Source of the DNA: an uncultured bacterium
GTDB taxonomy: Bacteria > RBG-13-61-14 > CAZOMR01
DNA: 37,146 bases
Assembly (NCBI GenBank): GCA_964580655.1
Contig: CAZOMR010000002.1
Location: 1 to 37,146, forward strand
Direction: 5' to 3'
Numbering within the stretch: position 1 is the first letter of the stretch; the number at the start of each line of letters is the position of its first letter. The notes under the pieces are model-generated. The model was not told where the DNA came from and searched no databases. It saw only the letters and a list, made by a program, of their open reading frames with translations. This document shows positions 33,349-37,146 of this stretch, one piece after another. A program made the position numbers and the translations under genes.

Positions 33349-33508
33349 CCACCAAATATGTCGCACACCCATTTTAGAGAAAAAGCGAATAAACCTGGCA
33401 CCTGATTGGAGAGCCCGGGGAAAGTTGTTTAGCATCAGGCAGGACTTGTCCCCCCCAATAACCCCCTAATTCAAGATTTTGTTTCAATTTTACAAAAACA
33501 GGTAGCCC

Positions 33509-35437
33509 CTATTTTTCTTGAAGGCGCGCATGGTTTTTGAATTCCACTGGCACGAGACCTCGGACTGAATTGGCCACAAGAATCTTGTCTGCATTCTCCA
33601 GGTCAGAAATGGAGAGTCTTGTTTCCGAGACCCTGCTGGGATTTTTCTCAATGAACTCCTGGCGGAACACGCCGTTCAAAAGCCCGCATTCAAGCGATGG
33701 GGTATAATAGCGGTCTCCTTTTTTCAGAAAGAGGTTGGTGAAGGACCCCTCGGTCAGTTCATGCTTTTCATTCTGGAAGATCACCTCAAAGAAGCCCTTT
33801 TCTCGCGCGTGCTCAAGTTCTCTGTCATATAGATCGCGCAGGGTTGTCTTGTGGAATAAAAAGGGATTCGAGGAGTGGGTCCGATGCGAGGACAGGGTTA
33901 TCAGTTTGAGGCTATCCGGGGAATTCTCAAGCTTATTCCATTCCAGGCATATAACGCCTGATTTGGAAAGCAAAAGCCGCACCCGGAATGAGCCATTTTC
34001 ATTAAACCTTGCCTCCGTCTCCTTCAGACGCTTTTCAAGCTCTCCCCCGGGATAGCGGAATTGAAAATATTCCGCGGATGCCTGAAGCCTCTTTAGATGT
34101 TTATCGAGCAGATAATACCCTGATTCTTTTTTCCAGAGCATTGTTTCGATCAAGTAGAACTCAGGCCTGGGCTGAGAAAGGAATCGGCCCTTGAGCACGC
34201 ATTCCTCGTATTCGGCCTCAGGATCCGAATCATACACTATCCCGCTTCCCACACCCATCTCCCCTTTTTGTCCTTCCAGAACCACTGTCCGGATAGCAAC
34301 ATTGAACACCGCTTCTCGCTCCGGGGTTATGAAGCCGATTGAACCGGTGTAAACCCCGCGTTCTTCCTTTTCCAATGAGCGGATGATCTCCATTGTCCTG
34401 AGTTTCGGCGCGCCTGTTACAGACCCGCAAGGAAAAAGCGCACGGCAGAGCTCACCTAACTTGATCCCGTCTTTCATCTGCGCCTCGATGGTTGATGTCA
34501 TCTGGAATAATGTCTCGTAGCGCTCCACAGTGAAAAGCCGCAGAACCTTCACGGTCCCTGTCTTTGCGAGCCGGCCCAGGTCATTCCGGAGAAGATCAAC
34601 GATCATGAGGTTCTCGCTTCGGTTCTTGAGGTCGTTTGAAAGGAACTCCGCCTGCTCTTGATCCTCTGTCAGAGTCCGGCCTCTTTCGGCTGTGCCCTTC
34701 ATGGGCTTCGCCGTGACAATATCCCATTTTTTGCGAAAAAACAGCTCGGGCGAGAGAGACAATATCTGCCGGGTCCCTGTTCGGATAAAAGCGGAATAGG
34801 CTACCGACTGGTTATTCCGGAGCGCCAGATACAATGCATGAGGCGAGCCGGAAAAGTTGAACTTGTATTTGAGAGTGAAGTTGACCTGGTATGTCTCGCC
34901 CTGCTCGATATATCTTTTGATCCTTTCAATGGCGGCCTTGTATTCTGCTTTTTCCATGTTGAGATTGAGACCTTCAACCCGGTATCCGGGATCATCCTGC
35001 GCAACCTTTGTCGGATATGACCAGGGCGGGCTGAACCGGCCACTGGCATGGTCAAACACGATAGGCTCGCGGAAAGCACCGAGCCATGCCAGAGGAAAAT
35101 CATTCCTTACCGGGCAATAGAGCCGCGGCTCGAAGAAATAGCCCAGTTCATAAGACAGAAAGCCTGCAAGGTAAAAGCCGGAATCCAGCGCGTTCTCCAC
35201 CCTGTTGAAAAAGGATTCGATCTCCTCCGAAGACCGGCACTCAAGAATCTCCACAGGTTCAAGGAAAAGATATGAATAGCGATTCCTCTCATCCGGAAGA
35301 TTGCTTTCAAGAAGCACGTATACCTCTTTATCAGCTACTGCACTCAGGGCTTGGCTGACTGGAAAGGATGAATAACCGGAATCTTCGGTCATCTCTCCGC
35401 GAGGCCGGGGATGAAAATGCGACTTATTGAGACCCAT
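33509..35437 (-). CDS. pabB: aminodeoxychorismate synthase component I fused to an aminodeoxychorismate lyase-like (class IV aminotransferase fold) domain
   Basis: Chorismate-binding blocks FPCGSVTGAPKLRTMEIIRSLEKEERGVYTGSIGF and GVGSGIVYDSDPEAEYEE. The C-terminal ~200 aa has a fold-type IV pattern (FEVIFQNEKHELTEGSFTNLF...LLNGVFR). Confidence 0.8.
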   Translation of the reverse strand: MGLNKSHFHPRPRGEMTEDSGYSSFPVSQALSAVADKEVYVLLESNLPDERNRYSYLFLEPVEILECRSSEEIESFFNRVENALDSGFYLAGFLSYELGYFFEPRLYCPVRNDFPLAWLGAFREPIVFDHASGRFSPPWSYPTKVAQDDPGYRVEGLNLNMEKAEYKAAIERIKRYIEQGETYQVNFTLKYKFNFSGSPHALYLALRNNQSVAYSAFIRTGTRQILSLSPELFFRKKWDIVTAKPMKGTAERGRTLTEDQEQAEFLSNDLKNRSENLMIVDLLRNDLGRLAKTGTVKVLRLFTVERYETLFQMTSTIEAQMKDGIKLGELCRALFPCGSVTGAPKLRTMEIIRSLEKEERGVYTGSIGFITPEREAVFNVAIRTVVLEGQKGEMGVGSGIVYDSDPEAEYEECVLKGRFLSQPRPEFYLIETMLWKKESGYYLLDKHLKRLQASAEYFQFRYPGGELEKRLKETEARFNENGSFRVRLLLSKSGVICLEWNKLENSPDSLKLITLSSHRTHSSNPFLFHKTTLRDLYDRELEHAREKGFFEVIFQNEKHELTEGSFTNLFLKKGDRYYTPSLECGLLNGVFRQEFIEKNPSRVSETRLSISDLENADKILVANSVRGLVPVEFKNHARLQEK

Positions 35438-35528
35438 TTCAGCGCATATATTATGAAGAACATGGTGAATAAGTCAATGCAGGCATGTGCATTTGCCGTG
35501 ATTCGGCTCTTCATGCTAATTTAGAGTC

Positions 35529-37058
35529 GTGACGGAAAGAGGCCACAAAGAATTCCCGTTGCTCTTTCAAGTGGGCCTGGTCTTCTTCGGCGTAGTCCTG
35601 ATCATTCTCGTAGAGGGCCTGCTCCGCATAAGCACCGCTCCGGCTCCGGCCTGCCAGGAGGACCCCTTTGTCGGGTTTGCCGGCAAGGACCCGTTTTTCA
35701 TCCGAGCAGAAAAGCATGGCCGGGCCATATATCAGATCAATCCAAAGAGGGCCGGATTTTTCAACCCTTCCTCCTTCCCTGCCAGGAAATCCGGGAACGC
35801 GTTTCGCATATTTGTCCTGGGCGGCTCAGTAGCCATGGGTTTTCCCTTCCATGAGCCGGGCTCTTTCTCCCGGTTTCTCGCCATAGGCCTGAGCAAACTT
35901 GATAAGTCTAAAACTTACGAGGTCGTCAATGTGGGAGGGTTTGGATATGCAAGCTACCGGGTTGTCCGGATACTCCGCGAGGTTATAAACCACGACCCGG
36001 ACCTCATCATCGTAATGAGCGGGCATAACGAGTTTCTGGAGAAGCGCACCTACGGTGAGATAGAGGCCCAAAGTCCGGCCCTTGTCGCACTCAAAACCCG
36101 GCTTGCCGGATTCCGCATTTACTGCCTTCTCAAAACCGGGGTCTTCAAAATCCGCGGCCCGGATGCGCGGCCCCTGCTCGCTTCGGAGGTCACCTGGGAG
36201 AAATATGTTCGCGACCCGGTCCAGGTAGAACGCACCATCAGGCATTATGAATACAACATCCAGGAAATGACTCGCATCTCAAGGCATGGCAATGTTCCCA
36301 TATTGTTTCTGACCCTGCCGTGCAACCTCCGTGAATTCCCGCCGTATTACTCCAGACATGATGACACGCTCTCGGAAACCGAGATGGAGAAATGGAACCG
36401 GTTTTACAAGAAAGGTCTTGAAGGCATTGAGCGGGGTGAACTTGATCAAGCACTGAGCTGGCTTGCCCTGGCGGAAGAGATTGACCCGGACTATGCTGAT
36501 CTCCAGTTCCGGATCGGTCGTGTCTTGTGGCATAAAAAGGAATGGGACAAGGCCAGGGAAAAATTCTGGACCGCGGTCCGCACTGATGCCCGGCCCATGC
36601 GTGTCTTTCCTGAGATGAATCAGATGATCCGATCCCAGGCCCGGGGCCGGGGGGTCCTTCTCGCGGATGCCGAGCGCGACTTTTCAGATAACTCCACAGG
36701 ACGCATCCCAGGGGACGACTGGTTCCTGGATCACTGCCACCCGGACCTGCATGGACATATCGCCATGGCCCGCACAATTATCACAAGCATGATCAACGCA
36801 CGCATCATCCAGCCTGCGCCGGATTGGCACGATGTTTACGACAAGGCCTGCGAGAATTATCAGAAGAGCCTGCCAGACTACTGGCTTGCAGGGGCCTACT
36901 ATCGCGCCGCGTTTGAGACCGGTCTGAATGTAAAGCGACTGAACCGCGGAATCCGTCTGGCCGAAATAGCTAAAAAACTTGATCCCGAAAATCCGAAAAT
37001 TTCAGGCCTGATCCAGACACTCACCCATCTGAAAGAAACCACTGAAACCAGAGAATGA
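35529..37058 (+). CDS. membrane-anchored SGNH/GDSL-like hydrolase-fold protein with a TPR-like insert
   Basis: N-terminal TM segment (VGLVFFGVVLIILVEGLL). Block I-like IFVLGGSVAMG, block V-like FLDHCHPDLHGH, and helical-repeat-like LALAEEIDPDYADLQFRIGRVLWHKKEWDKA. Confidence 0.5.
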   Translation: MTERGHKEFPLLFQVGLVFFGVVLIILVEGLLRISTAPAPACQEDPFVGFAGKDPFFIRAEKHGRAIYQINPKRAGFFNPSSFPARKSGNAFRIFVLGGSVAMGFPFHEPGSFSRFLAIGLSKLDKSKTYEVVNVGGFGYASYRVVRILREVINHDPDLIIVMSGHNEFLEKRTYGEIEAQSPALVALKTRLAGFRIYCLLKTGVFKIRGPDARPLLASEVTWEKYVRDPVQVERTIRHYEYNIQEMTRISRHGNVPILFLTLPCNLREFPPYYSRHDDTLSETEMEKWNRFYKKGLEGIERGELDQALSWLALAEEIDPDYADLQFRIGRVLWHKKEWDKAREKFWTAVRTDARPMRVFPEMNQMIRSQARGRGVLLADAERDFSDNSTGRIPGDDWFLDHCHPDLHGHIAMARTIITSMINARIIQPAPDWHDVYDKACENYQKSLPDYWLAGAYYRAAFETGLNVKRLNRGIRLAEIAKKLDPENPKISGLIQTLTHLKETTETRE

Positions 37059-37146
37059 TTAAAACCATATCCGGGTAATCTTGAGTTTACAGGACATTCC
37101 CCAAAAATCACCCTGATTTTCTGTAAGTAAAATCGCTGTAAGGATT

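Overview
The window holds a ~20.8 kb phage-derived head-tail-lysis island (about 2.5-23.3 kb) set between ordinary chromosomal genes. The left flank has a type IV pilin-like gene and an ADP-forming acyl-CoA synthetase-like gene. The right flank has mutS2, a secreted EEP-family nuclease/phosphatase, a solo HicB-like gene, an acyl-CoA carboxyltransferase, cobQ, a GT2 glycosyltransferase, a transposase relic, a pabB-pabC fusion and an SGNH-like hydrolase.

The island encodes a complete late region: a ParB-like protein, large terminase, portal, protease/scaffold, DUF2190 decoration protein, major capsid, connector, tail tube, G/GT chaperone, a short tape measure, tail tip proteins, amidase endolysin and membrane lysis proteins. 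I could recognise no integrase, repressor, excisionase or replication gene anywhere between the host flanks. All ORFs look intact and many are translationally coupled. My leading hypothesis is a domesticated, gene-transfer-agent-like element rather than a normal prophage.

Other points worth a second look:
- A spore-photoproduct-lyase-family radical SAM enzyme with an N-terminal HTH extension, divergently paired with a Trm1/TcmP-like methyltransferase.
- A 30-nt element present twice (27/30 identical) in front of two operon starts.
- A 16-nt box present twice, at the starts of accessory cassettes.
- A GT2 / zinc-ribbon / LamG cassette inserted between the capsid and connector genes.
- A textbook A9 -1 frameshift site in the tail chaperone.
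- A Cys-rich N-terminus on the tail hub protein.
- A spanin-like protein with an OMP-type C-terminus.

All functional calls come from motif recognition by eye. No database search or computation was run.
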